Assembly (NCBI GenBank): GCA_963781095.1
Contig: CAWAEA010000013.1
Coordinates: forward strand, 79,081-143,080
Reading direction: 5' to 3'
Length of the DNA stretch: 64,000 nt
Source of the DNA: Pirellulaceae bacterium
GTDB taxonomy: Bacteria; Planctomycetota; Planctomycetia; Pirellulales; Pirellulaceae
How positions within the stretch are numbered: position 1 is the first letter of the stretch; every line of letters begins with the position of its first letter. Below are positions 9,678 through 19,893 of this stretch, one piece after another. Position numbers and translations under genes: made by a program. The notes beneath the pieces were generated by a model. It did not search any database, was not told the DNA's origin, and saw only the letters and a list, made by a program, of their open reading frames with translations.

Positions 9678-12410
9678 ATGATGCTGCTTCGAGTTGCGTT
9701 TGTGTTGTATGTCTCGGTTGCCGCTCGTTGTGCATTCGCCGACGATGTCTCGATCGACTTTGCCCAAGACGTTGAGCCGATCCTTCAGAAGTACTGCATC
9801 GATTGTCATGGTCCCGATGACCAAGAGAGTCAGTTTCGGCTTGACCGACTCTCGATCATGCTCGCAGGCGGCAATTCCGGTGAACCGGCCGTCGTGCCGG
9901 GTGAGCCCGAAAAGAGCTTTCTGCTGAAGCTGATCCGTCACCAAGAACCTGGAATGGAGATGCCGCCGGACGAGTCGCTTTCGCCACAGGAGATTGATCG
10001 GATCGAGCGCTGGATCGCCGATGGAGCCAGGACACCCGAGAGTTATGGACCAGCAAAAGAGCGGACAGAGTTATCGCATTGGTCGTTCCAACCCATCACA
10101 CGCGCGGACTCCGGCAGCGTCGATGCGTACATCCGGGACAAACTCACTGAGAACGGTTTAACGCATTCCCGTGAAGCGGATCGCCGTGTGCTGATTCGAC
10201 GGTTGTATCTCGTGATGCTGGGGATCCCACCGACGCCTGGGCAGGTGGACGCTTTCGTGAATGATGACCGCGAGAATGCTTGGCCGGAACTCGTCGAAAC
10301 GGTTTTGGCCAGCAAGCACTACGGCGAACGAATTGCAACGCTCTGGCTGGACTTGGCCCGGTTCGGCGAGACGCACGGTTTCGAAATGAATCGAGAGCGA
10401 CCCACCGCGTGGCGGTATCGTGATTGGGTGATTGAATCATTCAACGATGACAAACCTTACGATGAATTCATCCGCCAACAGATTGCGGGTGACGCTTTGG
10501 GGGCCGACGTGGCGACGGGCTTTCTCGTCGCGGGGCCCGTGGATCAGGTCAAAGGCAGCGATCCGAAGCTGCAGCAAACGCAGCGGATGAACGAACTTGA
10601 TGACTTCATCAATACCACCGGCACAGCAATGCTGGGACTGACCACCGGATGTGCGCGTTGCCACAATCATAAGTTCGATCCGATCAGTCAACGTGATTAC
10701 TACGCGCTCCAAGCCGTGTTCGCGGGCGTGCAGCATGGTGATCGCCCATTGCCTCTATCACAGGAACAAAACCAGCGACTGGCGGCATGGGAGGCCGAAA
10801 TCGTGGACCTGACAGGCAAGCTGCAGCCGTTCACTGCGAAAATGGATGAGGGCAAACGTGTCGCGGTCAGTGCCAAACTCAATGAGGAAACGTTCGCTCC
10901 GCGGAACGCTCGATTCGTTCGATTCACGATTAACAGGACGACCGATGGAGAAGGCTGTATCGACGAACTGGAGGTTTACTCTGAGCAGGGTAATGTTGCG
11001 CTGGCTGCCAGCGGAGCGATCGCGTCTTCATCGGGCGACTTTGTGCATCCGAAACACAAACTCTCTCATATCAACGATGGTCAGTATGGAAACGATCGCA
11101 GTTGGATCGTCAATTCAAATGCAGGCGGTTGGGTGCAGATCGAGTTTGCCAAGGCGACGGTCATTGATCGCATCGTTTGGGGGCGAGACCGTCAGGGAGA
11201 CTTTAACGATCGATTGCCGATTGAGTATCACGTCGAATCGGCGATCGAACCGGGACAATGGGAAGTGGTTGCCTCATCCTCCGATCGGCGACCGCATCAA
11301 AATAAAACGCCAGCAGAGCAGATCTACACGTTCGATGGCTTTCCTACTCAGCAAGCTGAACAAGGTGAGATTTGGCATGCCCGATTGCGGATCGCGCGTC
11401 GCGAGAAAGCCGAGCTGGAAAAGTCTACCATGGCCTACGCAGGAACCTTTTCGCAGCCTGGACCTACCCATCGGTTGTATCGCGGTGAGCCGGATGCGAA
11501 GCGCGAGCAGGTTCCCCCCGATGCGATTGAAGCTTTCACTTCGCTAAATCTCGATAACGACGCGCCGGAGCAAAACCGTCGACTCGCTTTGGCTGATTGG
11601 ATCGTTAGTGAGCGTAACCCGCTTACGGCGCGTGTGATGGTGAACCGGATTTGGCAATTCCATTTTGGAACCGGGATCGTCGACACGCCCAGTGACCTCG
11701 GGGTCAACGGAACTCCTCCGAGCCATCCCGACTTGCTCGACTGGCTGGCCAGCGAATTGATCGAACACGATTGGTCGCTCAAACACATACATCGGTTGAT
11801 CCTGGTGTCGCAAACATGGTGCCAGGACAGTCAGCCAGACCCAGTCGCCATGCAAGTCGACGCGGCTTCTCGATTGCTGTGGCGATTTCCAACTCGGCGA
11901 TTGGAAGCGGAAGCGATTCGCGATTCGATGCTCGCAATCTCGGGCGTGCTTGATCTACAGAATGCCGGCGGTCCCGGGTTCGATGCCTTTGAGGTCGAGA
12001 TGGAAAATGTCCGTCACTATTACCCCAGGAAGAGTTATGGGCCGAAGGATTGGCGGCGGATGGTTTATATGACGAAGGTGCGCCAGGAACGCGAGCATGT
12101 GTTTGGTGCGTTCGATTGCCCCGACGCAAGCATGGTTGTCCCGCGGCGTAATCGTTCGACCACGCCGCTGCAAGCTCTGAATCTGCTCAACAGCAACTTC
12201 ATCATGCAGCAGGCGGATCTCTTTGCGAAACGATTAGAACGCGAATGCGAAACGGCTGGGGAACGCGTCGAAAGGGCGTGGTTGCTGTGTTTTCAGCGTC
12301 CGGTAACCGCAGAAGAACTCGCGGACAGCGAGGCGTTCATTGAGCAAGAAGGAATGCAGCAGTTTACTCGCGCAATGCTAAACGCGAATGAGCTTGTGTT
12401 TATCCCCTAG
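9678..12410 (+). CDS. Planctomycete cytochrome c / DUF1549 / DUF1553 protein with F5/8-like insert
   Basis: CIDCH and CARCHNHKFDP heme motifs, HWSFQP, 'NPLTARVMVNRIWQFHFG', 'STTPLQAL'. Confidence 0.93.
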   Translation: MMLLRVAFVLYVSVAARCAFADDVSIDFAQDVEPILQKYCIDCHGPDDQESQFRLDRLSIMLAGGNSGEPAVVPGEPEKSFLLKLIRHQEPGMEMPPDESLSPQEIDRIERWIADGARTPESYGPAKERTELSHWSFQPITRADSGSVDAYIRDKLTENGLTHSREADRRVLIRRLYLVMLGIPPTPGQVDAFVNDDRENAWPELVETVLASKHYGERIATLWLDLARFGETHGFEMNRERPTAWRYRDWVIESFNDDKPYDEFIRQQIAGDALGADVATGFLVAGPVDQVKGSDPKLQQTQRMNELDDFINTTGTAMLGLTTGCARCHNHKFDPISQRDYYALQAVFAGVQHGDRPLPLSQEQNQRLAAWEAEIVDLTGKLQPFTAKMDEGKRVAVSAKLNEETFAPRNARFVRFTINRTTDGEGCIDELEVYSEQGNVALAASGAIASSSGDFVHPKHKLSHINDGQYGNDRSWIVNSNAGGWVQIEFAKATVIDRIVWGRDRQGDFNDRLPIEYHVESAIEPGQWEVVASSSDRRPHQNKTPAEQIYTFDGFPTQQAEQGEIWHARLRIARREKAELEKSTMAYAGTFSQPGPTHRLYRGEPDAKREQVPPDAIEAFTSLNLDNDAPEQNRRLALADWIVSERNPLTARVMVNRIWQFHFGTGIVDTPSDLGVNGTPPSHPDLLDWLASELIEHDWSLKHIHRLILVSQTWCQDSQPDPVAMQVDAASRLLWRFPTRRLEAEAIRDSMLAISGVLDLQNAGGPGFDAFEVEMENVRHYYPRKSYGPKDWRRMVYMTKVRQEREHVFGAFDCPDASMVVPRRNRSTTPLQALNLLNSNFIMQQADLFAKRLERECETAGERVERAWLLCFQRPVTAEELADSEAFIEQEGMQQFTRAMLNANELVFIP

Positions 12411-12496
12411 CGGAGGTCGTTAGCACGGCCTTTTGCAGGGCCATCTATGACTCGCTCGACGGCCTGGAAAGGCCAACTTCCACGACCAGCCAACTC

Positions 12497-13964
12497 ATGA
12501 CGCCAGCCATGCATCCGCTCCTGAATCGACGAAACTTCCTTTCCAATGCCGGATCGGGATTGAGCAGCATTGCATTGGCAAGCTTGCTCCAACAACAGAA
12601 CTTGTTGGCGGAGTCGCCGATTCGTCCCGACATTGACCCCGAGCATCCCTTCGCCCCGCGCCGAACCTCATCACCCGCCTGCGGCGAAGAATGTGCTGGT
12701 CATTTTCTGTTCGGGAGCCTGCAGCCAAGTCGACACGTTCGATTACAAACCTGAACTGATCAAGCGACACGGCCAGCCGCTGCCGGGTGCCGAGAATCTT
12801 GTGACGTTTCAAGGCCAGCAGGGGATGCTGACGAAAAGTGCGTGGGAGTTCAAGCCGCGTGGTGATTCAGGAAAGATGATTTCCGAACTCGTTCCTCAGC
12901 TCGCCGAACTTGCCGATGACATGTGTTTCATCCACTCACTGACCGGTAAGACCAATACGCACGGGCCGGGCGAGAACTTCATGTCGACCGGTTCTACGCT
13001 CGACGGATTCCCCAGCATGGGCACATGGGCGACGTGGGCGCTGGGAACGGAAAACGAAAACCTTCCCGCGTACGTTGCGATCTCCGATCCACGCGGCACT
13101 CCGCAATCAAGCGTCAACAATTGGGGACCGGGCTTCTTGCCGGCAGCCTTTCAGGGAACGGAATTCAACGCCATCAAACCACTTGGCAATCTTGATGTGC
13201 CGAAAGGCATCAGTGCGGAGACCGACCGGGCCACGCGTGAGTTTCTCGAACGATTGAACCGCCGTCACTTGGAACGCTTCGAGGGTGACAGTGACTTAGC
13301 CGCCCGAATTTCCAGCTATCAGCTCGCCGCGCGAATGCAGTTGAGTGTTCCCGAAGTGACCGACTTGTCGAGCGAACCGCAGAGCATCCTGCGGGAGTAC
13401 GGAGCCGACGATTCCGAGAACGTGTTGAAGGCTCAGTTTGCTCGGAACTGCATTCTGGCCAGAAGACTGATTGAGAAAGGCGTCCGCTTTGTGCAACTCT
13501 TCAACGGTGCCTATCAGACTGGGGGCGAGGGTGTCAGCAATTGGGACGGACACAAGCAGATTGTCGAGCAGTACGGCAAACATGGTCCGGTGCTTGACCA
13601 GCCTTGCGCGGCGCTGCTGAGAGACATGAAGCGACGTGGATTGTTGAAAGACACTCTAGTCGTGTGGATGACGGAGTTCGGTCGCATGCCAACGTTCCAG
13701 AAAGGCGCCAGCGGACGCGATCACAACCCAGACGGGTTCACCGCATGGATGATGGGCGCAGGTGTGAAAGCACCGTTTAGCTACGGAGCGACGGATGAGT
13801 TCAGCTACAAAGCCGTCGAGAATGTCGCCACGGTGTACGACTTTCACGCCACGATTCTCCACCTGTTGGGTTTGAATCATGAGCGGCTAACGTACTATCA
13901 CAACGGATTTGAGCGTCGCTTGACCGACGTCCATGGGCATTTGATCAACGAGGTTCTCGCATGA
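12497..13964 (+). CDS. DUF1501 family protein (Tat signal), frameshift near 12660-12680
   Basis: NRRNFL Tat motif in ORF 12497..12754; body in ORF 12570..13964 ([39 protein letters not shown]). Confidence 0.88.
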
Positions 13965-13972
13965 GTGCGTAA

Positions 13973-13991
13973 CCCCCAGGCATTCTGGGGG
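13973..13991. terminator. Hairpin between convergent genes
   Basis: CCCCCAG-GCATT-CTGGGGG. Confidence 0.55.
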
Positions 13992-13996
13992 AGAAT

Positions 13997-15426
13997 TCAA
14001 TCGTCTTCCGGGAGCGGCTGGCCTTTGGTTTCAGGCAGAAAATAGACGACCACGATTCCGGCGATGAATACCAAGCTGACCCAACTGGTGGCATCGCGGA
14101 AGGCTTCCAATCGAGCGGCGGCTCTCGCGACGGAATCCGCATTTTCCGGCAGTTTCGCGATTGCGGATTCTCCCAGATTCTGTTGCAGAACTCCAAGCGT
14201 GAAGGGACCCGTCGCCGCCAAAAATCGTCCGACGTTGTAACAGAAGCTCGTTCCCGTGCTGCGCAGACGCGTCGGAAACAACTCAGGCAAATAAATCGCA
14301 AATCCCGCGAACAGAGCCAATTGGAAAAAGCCCATCACGCCGCTCATCCAAAGCTGGTCGACTCCTTGGAACATTCGAAAGTACAGATTGGTCGCAAAGA
14401 AAGCACCGATGAATGAGATCAGAAAGGCCGGCCGCCGTCCGATACGTTGGGCCATGAACGCAAACGTCAGCATGCCTAGAAACGCCCCCGAATTCTGGAT
14501 GATGCTGTTGAGACCTTTGTAGTAGGTCGCTTGGCTGGCGATCTGGGTTTCGCTGAGCCCCTTTTTGCGTAGGGACGTGTTGATCACATCGCCCACCAAT
14601 TCGGGTGAGAAGAAACCGAGACCCCACAACCCGATCACGCCACAGATGCAAAGCAGCATTCCCAACAAGGCCGGTTTGCGCCATCGACCCGGTCCGAGCA
14701 GAGACGCGTACGAGCCGAACTTTGCTCCGGTCAATCGTCCTGCCTCGCGAGCCTTGACCCATTTCTCCGGTTCCTTCATTCGGAATTGAATGAAGACGCA
14801 CAGAAATGCGGGGATCGCTCCGACCAAGAACGCGTACTTCCACGCCTGGTCCGGTGTGATCCGCTCGTCCGAAATCAGCGATCCCATGTACATGCTGATC
14901 AATCCGGCGGTGATGTTTCCGATCGCGGATAACGCCTGCAGCATCCCGAGCGCCACGTCCGCGCCGTCGATGGCAAGGTGTCGGCGATCAATGCGACTGC
15001 CAAACCGAATACGCCACCGACGCCCAACCCGGTAATGAACCGGTAAATCGCAAAATCAAACCATGACGTCGACAGCGCCGTTAAGCCTGTAAACACGGAA
15101 TACAGCAACACCGTGATCGTCAACGTCCTGGCCCGCCCGATCCGGTCGCCAACCGACCCAAAAATCAATCCGCCGGTGGCCCAACCCGCCACAAAAATCG
15201 AGGTCGCGTACCCCCCAAATGTCTTCACATTTGCGCCGTCAGGCATCAGATTGGAGAGCGCGGTATCACGAAAGAGTATAAAAATTTGTTGGTCCAAGCA
15301 GTCGAACAACCACGCCAGCGCGGCCATCACGAAAACGAACCAGTGATAACCCGTCAATTGCCGCCACCATGGACGCGTGTCAACTGGTTCGAGAAGGGGT
15401 ACGGGATCCGAAATCATTTCAGTCAT
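13997..15426 (-). CDS. MFS transporter, frameshift near 14960-14975
   Basis: N-half in ORF 14899..15492 (GSVGDRIGR, RFITGLGVGG), C-half in ORF 13997..14956 (PELFPTRLRSTG, LPETKG). Confidence 0.9.
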
Positions 15427-15751
15427 TTTCCGACTTTTGGGAGAGGTGCCGACACCAAGGCTTGATGGCTCAAGAGACGCCGTTCGATCCAATCACGCGA
15501 TACAATAATCGCAAAGAGGATCGTCGTGTGAGTCGAGCCAATTCAACGTGGTTTGACTTTCTTTGCCGGCATGCCGATTTTTCGACACCGTGGTCATCGC
15601 CAGTCGGCCGATCGTTGGCAAGTCTTTAGAATCCGGATACCTAAGTCTGGCCTTTCGCGTACAATGAGTGCCGATGAATGTGGGCCAAATAGCGAACCTT
15701 GTGTGCCCCCCCTCCGCCATCATTCCCGCCTCGCAACAACTCTCTCGCACT

Positions 15752-18271
15752 ATGCCAACTCCTTGGTTTCGATCGACCACACCGGTAACGTCCATGATGC
15801 CGGTTATTGTGGCGATCCTTGGATCCCTGTGGATAAGCGTCGCCGCGTCTGCTCAGCATTTGATTGCGATTGAAGATTTGCGAACGCGATTCGAAGATAG
15901 CTGTTTCGGATGCCATGGCGACGGTGGGGACGAGGGCGGGTTCAGCTTTGATGTGCTGTCCGAGGGTGGCTACGGCGACGACACGCTGGGGAAATGGGAA
16001 GCGATATGGAAGAACATTCGTGCCGAAACCATGCCTCCGGCCGACGAGACGCAGCCCTCGCCGGCCGAGCGGCAGGCGTGGGTGAATTGGATCCAAACGG
16101 ACGTGTTCCGGCTCGATGCGGAACGAATCGATCCAGGGAAGATCGTGTTGCGTCGTTTGAATCGTTCGGAGTATCGCGAAACGATCAAGCAATTGACGGG
16201 CGTCGACTTTGACGCCGACGACGCATTTCCCGCCGATGATACAGGCTATGGATTTGACACGATCGGTGAAGTCTTGCACATCTCGCCGGTGGTCCTCGAG
16301 AAGTACTTGTCAGCGGCGGATTCGATCGTCCAGGACGCGATTCCGATGGATGGTGCGTCGCCACCGGAGCAGCGATTTTGGAGCGATCACTTTCATTTTG
16401 ATTCGCCCGAAGGCGCCGATGCCGATGGCGTCAAGTTTGTCGATTCGCATGAGTTCCATTTGCGAGAAAAGCTTTCCCGACCAGGGACCTATCAAATTGC
16501 GGTCCGATGGGAGCTCGATGGGGCTTGGACCACCACGGACCAGGAGGCCAACGTCAAACTTCGTGTTCATGGCAGTGACAGTGGCGATGGAAATGGTAGC
16601 GAAAACGGCAAATCGGTGGAGGTCGACACCGCAAAGGCGGGTTTCAGTTTTCAAACCAATGGCACCCTGCGTGGCGAGGTCAAGGTTGGAGACAGCCCTC
16701 TGCACCTGAGTGTGTTGTTCGAGCCGACGGCGTTTGACACGATGTCAAAGCAAGCCGACAACGCAAAGCCGGCGCCGTACACATTCAGGCTCTCGTACGT
16801 CGACGTCATCGGCCCGATTGATGGTACCGAGCGAGTCTATCGCAAAGGATCAAAAATCATGGTGGGTGGTCCACCGCCAAGCAACGCGGACGAAGCGAAG
16901 TTGGACGAGATGAGCCGCGTGGTGCTACAGCAGTTCGCGCTTCGTGCTTATCGGCGGCCCATTGATAGTCGGTCGCTCGATCGTTTGGTCGCGATTGCTC
17001 GGGAGACTCGCGGCCAACCGAACAAGAGCTATGAACAGGGGCTTGCGGCCTCGATCAAGCTGATCTTGGCATCCCCACGATTTTTGTTTCGCATCGAGCA
17101 ACCGCTCCGATTGGAAGAGTACGCCTCTTTGCCGCAAGACATGTCGATCTCCACGCTCGGCGTCCCAATCGACGAGTACGCTTTGGCGACTCGGATCAGC
17201 TTTTTCTTGTGGGGTGGCCCACCGGATGACGAATTATTGAAGTTGGCGGGCGATGGCAAACTTCGCCAGAATTTGGATTCGCAAATCAAGCGGATGATTG
17301 GAGACGAGTGGCGAATGCGAACGGGCGTTTCAAACTTCGTTGGCCAATGGTTGAAGACTCGTGACGTGCTGAATTTTACGGTCGATGTGCGTCGAGTTCT
17401 GGCGTATCGCGGTGACGAAGATGTTTTTTCGTACCAGGTCCGTGAAGCCATGAAGAACGAGACGGAGACCATGTTCCGTTATCTGATCGAAGAAAACCGA
17501 CCGATCGAAGAGCTGCTCAACGCGAACTACACGTTTTTAAACCAGCCGCTTGCGAAGTTTTACGGCATCGAAGGCGTCGATGGCAACAAGATGCGGAAGG
17601 TCGATCTGCCCGCCGATAGTCACCGAAAGGGTGTGTTGACTCATGGTTCGGTTTTGCTGGTGACCAGCAATCCGACGCGGACCAGCCCGGTCAAGCGCGG
17701 ACTGTTCATTTTAGAAAATTTGCTGGGAACACCCGCGCCGCCTGCACCGCCGAATGTCCCGGCCCTGGAGGACTCCAAAAGCGGAGAGATGGCGAATGCG
17801 TCGCTTCGCGAGATTCTAGAATTCCATCGTCGAGAACCGATGTGCGCATCGTGCCACAACCGAATGGATCCGCTCGGGTTAGCGCTGGAGAACTACAATG
17901 CGATCGGCCAGTTCCGCGACATGGAATTAGGAATGCCTGGCCGTCGCTCGCGTCCCGCCGAGCCTGACAAACCGATTGATCCGACAGGCGTTTTGATGAC
18001 CGGCGAAAAATTTGATTCGGTCGTCGAACTTGCCGACGTGCTCGCCAACGAACGCCGCGATGACTTTTATCGCTGCTTGACCGAGAAAATGTTGGTTTAC
18101 GGACTGGGGCGCGGATTGACGTTTAGTGACGCCACGACCGTCGACCAGATTGTTGCCAAGGTCAAGGCGGACGACGGCCGAATGCAGACATTGATCGGAG
18201 AAATCATCCGCAGCATCCCGTTCACTCATCAACCCAAAACCGAATCAGTCGCGAATCGACCTCGCGAGTAA
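15752..18271 (+). CDS. DUF1587/1592/1588/1595/1585 cytochrome c-domain protein
   Basis: CFGCH, LRRLNRSEY, TSPVKRG, CASCHNRMDPLG. Confidence 0.92.
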   Translation: MPTPWFRSTTPVTSMMPVIVAILGSLWISVAASAQHLIAIEDLRTRFEDSCFGCHGDGGDEGGFSFDVLSEGGYGDDTLGKWEAIWKNIRAETMPPADETQPSPAERQAWVNWIQTDVFRLDAERIDPGKIVLRRLNRSEYRETIKQLTGVDFDADDAFPADDTGYGFDTIGEVLHISPVVLEKYLSAADSIVQDAIPMDGASPPEQRFWSDHFHFDSPEGADADGVKFVDSHEFHLREKLSRPGTYQIAVRWELDGAWTTTDQEANVKLRVHGSDSGDGNGSENGKSVEVDTAKAGFSFQTNGTLRGEVKVGDSPLHLSVLFEPTAFDTMSKQADNAKPAPYTFRLSYVDVIGPIDGTERVYRKGSKIMVGGPPPSNADEAKLDEMSRVVLQQFALRAYRRPIDSRSLDRLVAIARETRGQPNKSYEQGLAASIKLILASPRFLFRIEQPLRLEEYASLPQDMSISTLGVPIDEYALATRISFFLWGGPPDDELLKLAGDGKLRQNLDSQIKRMIGDEWRMRTGVSNFVGQWLKTRDVLNFTVDVRRVLAYRGDEDVFSYQVREAMKNETETMFRYLIEENRPIEELLNANYTFLNQPLAKFYGIEGVDGNKMRKVDLPADSHRKGVLTHGSVLLVTSNPTRTSPVKRGLFILENLLGTPAPPAPPNVPALEDSKSGEMANASLREILEFHRREPMCASCHNRMDPLGLALENYNAIGQFRDMELGMPGRRSRPAEPDKPIDPTGVLMTGEKFDSVVELADVLANERRDDFYRCLTEKMLVYGLGRGLTFSDATTVDQIVAKVKADDGRMQTLIGEIIRSIPFTHQPKTESVANRPRE

Positions 18272-18311
18272 ACTTCGTTCCCATACTCCCTGCTGAACCC
18301 TGTACACGATT

Positions 18312-19673
18312 ATGAATTCTTCGAAGCGCTCATCGAATTTGGTCAACCGCCGACGATTTTTAACCGCATCAGGTTTGTCGCTCGCGTTGCCGATGTTGCC
18401 AAGTTTGGCGGGCTCGTCGTCCGCGGCCAAGGCTGTTGAGAATGCTTCCGAAGCCACACGCATGTGCTATGTCTACGTGCCCAATGGCGTGAACATGACG
18501 CATTGGCGTCCAATCGGAGAAGGTAACGATTTTAAGTTCAATCGTTCAACCGAGTCCCTTGAACCGTTCCGAGATTCGATGCGGTTCATCACGGGCTTTG
18601 AGCATCGCGAGGCTTACATCCACAATGATGGGGCGGGCGATCATGCTCGGGCGCACGCGTCATTCTTGACGTCCGCTCGACCCCATAAGACGTCCGGCGC
18701 AGACATTCACGTGGGTGTTTCGGCGGACCAGTTGGTTGCCCAGAGCATCGGTGCGGGAACCCGATTACCGTCTTTGGAATTGTCGTGTGACGGTGTGCGG
18801 ACCAGCGGCGCTTGTGACTCCGGTTACTCGTGTGCGTACCAGTTTAATTTGGCCTGGGCCGATGAGAGCACACCCGTTGCACCGGAGTCGAATCCACGAT
18901 TGGTGTTCGAGCGTCTTTTCGGTGACGGTGCCCATGGAGAGCGGGCCAGCAACTATGCTCGTCGACAAGCGCGGCAAGAGTCCGTGATCGATTTTTTGCG
19001 TGACGAAGCGGAGTTTTTGAACCGCCAAATGGGCGCCGTGGATCGCCGGAAAGTCGATGAGTATCTGACCGGGATTCGTGAAATCGAGAGCCGGATCCAG
19101 AAGGTCGAGCACTTCGGAATGCCGGTCGACCCGGATTATCCGACGCCCTCGGGCGTGCCAGAGCTTTACCAAGATCACATGCGTTTGATGATGGACGTGA
19201 TGGCACTCGCGCTGGCCAGCAACACCACTCGCATCTCGACGTTGATGTTAGCTCACGACGGCAGCAACCGCTCGTTCAAAGAGATCAACGTGGCCGACGG
19301 ACACCACGATTTGTCGCACCACAAAAAAGACGAAGAGCGGCTGGAGAAAATCGCTAAGATCGATGCTTTTTACTGCCAGCAGTTAGCGTATCTGTTGGAA
19401 GTCATGCAATCGCACAAGTTGGCCGGCAATACAACGCTTCTCGATAACACCCTATTGGTTTACGGCAGCGGTTTATGCGACGGCGATCGGCACAACCACG
19501 ACGACCTCCCGATCATTTTCGCCGGCGGCGGTGCCAAGGGGATCAAAAACGGATTCCACCAGAAACTCGATCAAGCAACACCGATGGCCAATCTGCATCT
19601 TGAAATGATCAACCGGATGGGCGTCGAAAAGCAACAGTTTGGTGACAGCACGGGACAATTCTCGCTATCCTGA
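18312..19673 (+). CDS. DUF1552 family protein (Tat)
   Basis: NRRRFL, YVPNG, CDSGYSCAY, NPRLVFERLFG; usual partner of DUF1592 genes. Confidence 0.92.
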   Translation: MNSSKRSSNLVNRRRFLTASGLSLALPMLPSLAGSSSAAKAVENASEATRMCYVYVPNGVNMTHWRPIGEGNDFKFNRSTESLEPFRDSMRFITGFEHREAYIHNDGAGDHARAHASFLTSARPHKTSGADIHVGVSADQLVAQSIGAGTRLPSLELSCDGVRTSGACDSGYSCAYQFNLAWADESTPVAPESNPRLVFERLFGDGAHGERASNYARRQARQESVIDFLRDEAEFLNRQMGAVDRRKVDEYLTGIREIESRIQKVEHFGMPVDPDYPTPSGVPELYQDHMRLMMDVMALALASNTTRISTLMLAHDGSNRSFKEINVADGHHDLSHHKKDEERLEKIAKIDAFYCQQLAYLLEVMQSHKLAGNTTLLDNTLLVYGSGLCDGDRHNHDDLPIIFAGGGAKGIKNGFHQKLDQATPMANLHLEMINRMGVEKQQFGDSTGQFSLS

Positions 19674-19893
19674 TCGATTGGCACCCCAAGCAATCCCGCT
19701 TCCGCAGAAGCTTCTCAACTTAGCGCTTCTCAACTTAACAAAGTGGAACCATCGGAATTGCATTCCGCGGGTTCTCTATTCCCTATCAAAGTTTTGCTCT
19801 TTCCCTCCCTTTTTTTGCCGTCCAGGCCCACCCATGATGATGACGTCGCCGCACGTTGCTAATTCTGGTTTCGCGATTTTTGATCATCGATGC

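Noticed and set aside
18299-18314. CTGTACAC half-site before the DUF1552 gene resembling the imuA operator
   Set aside because: No ACAG right half-site
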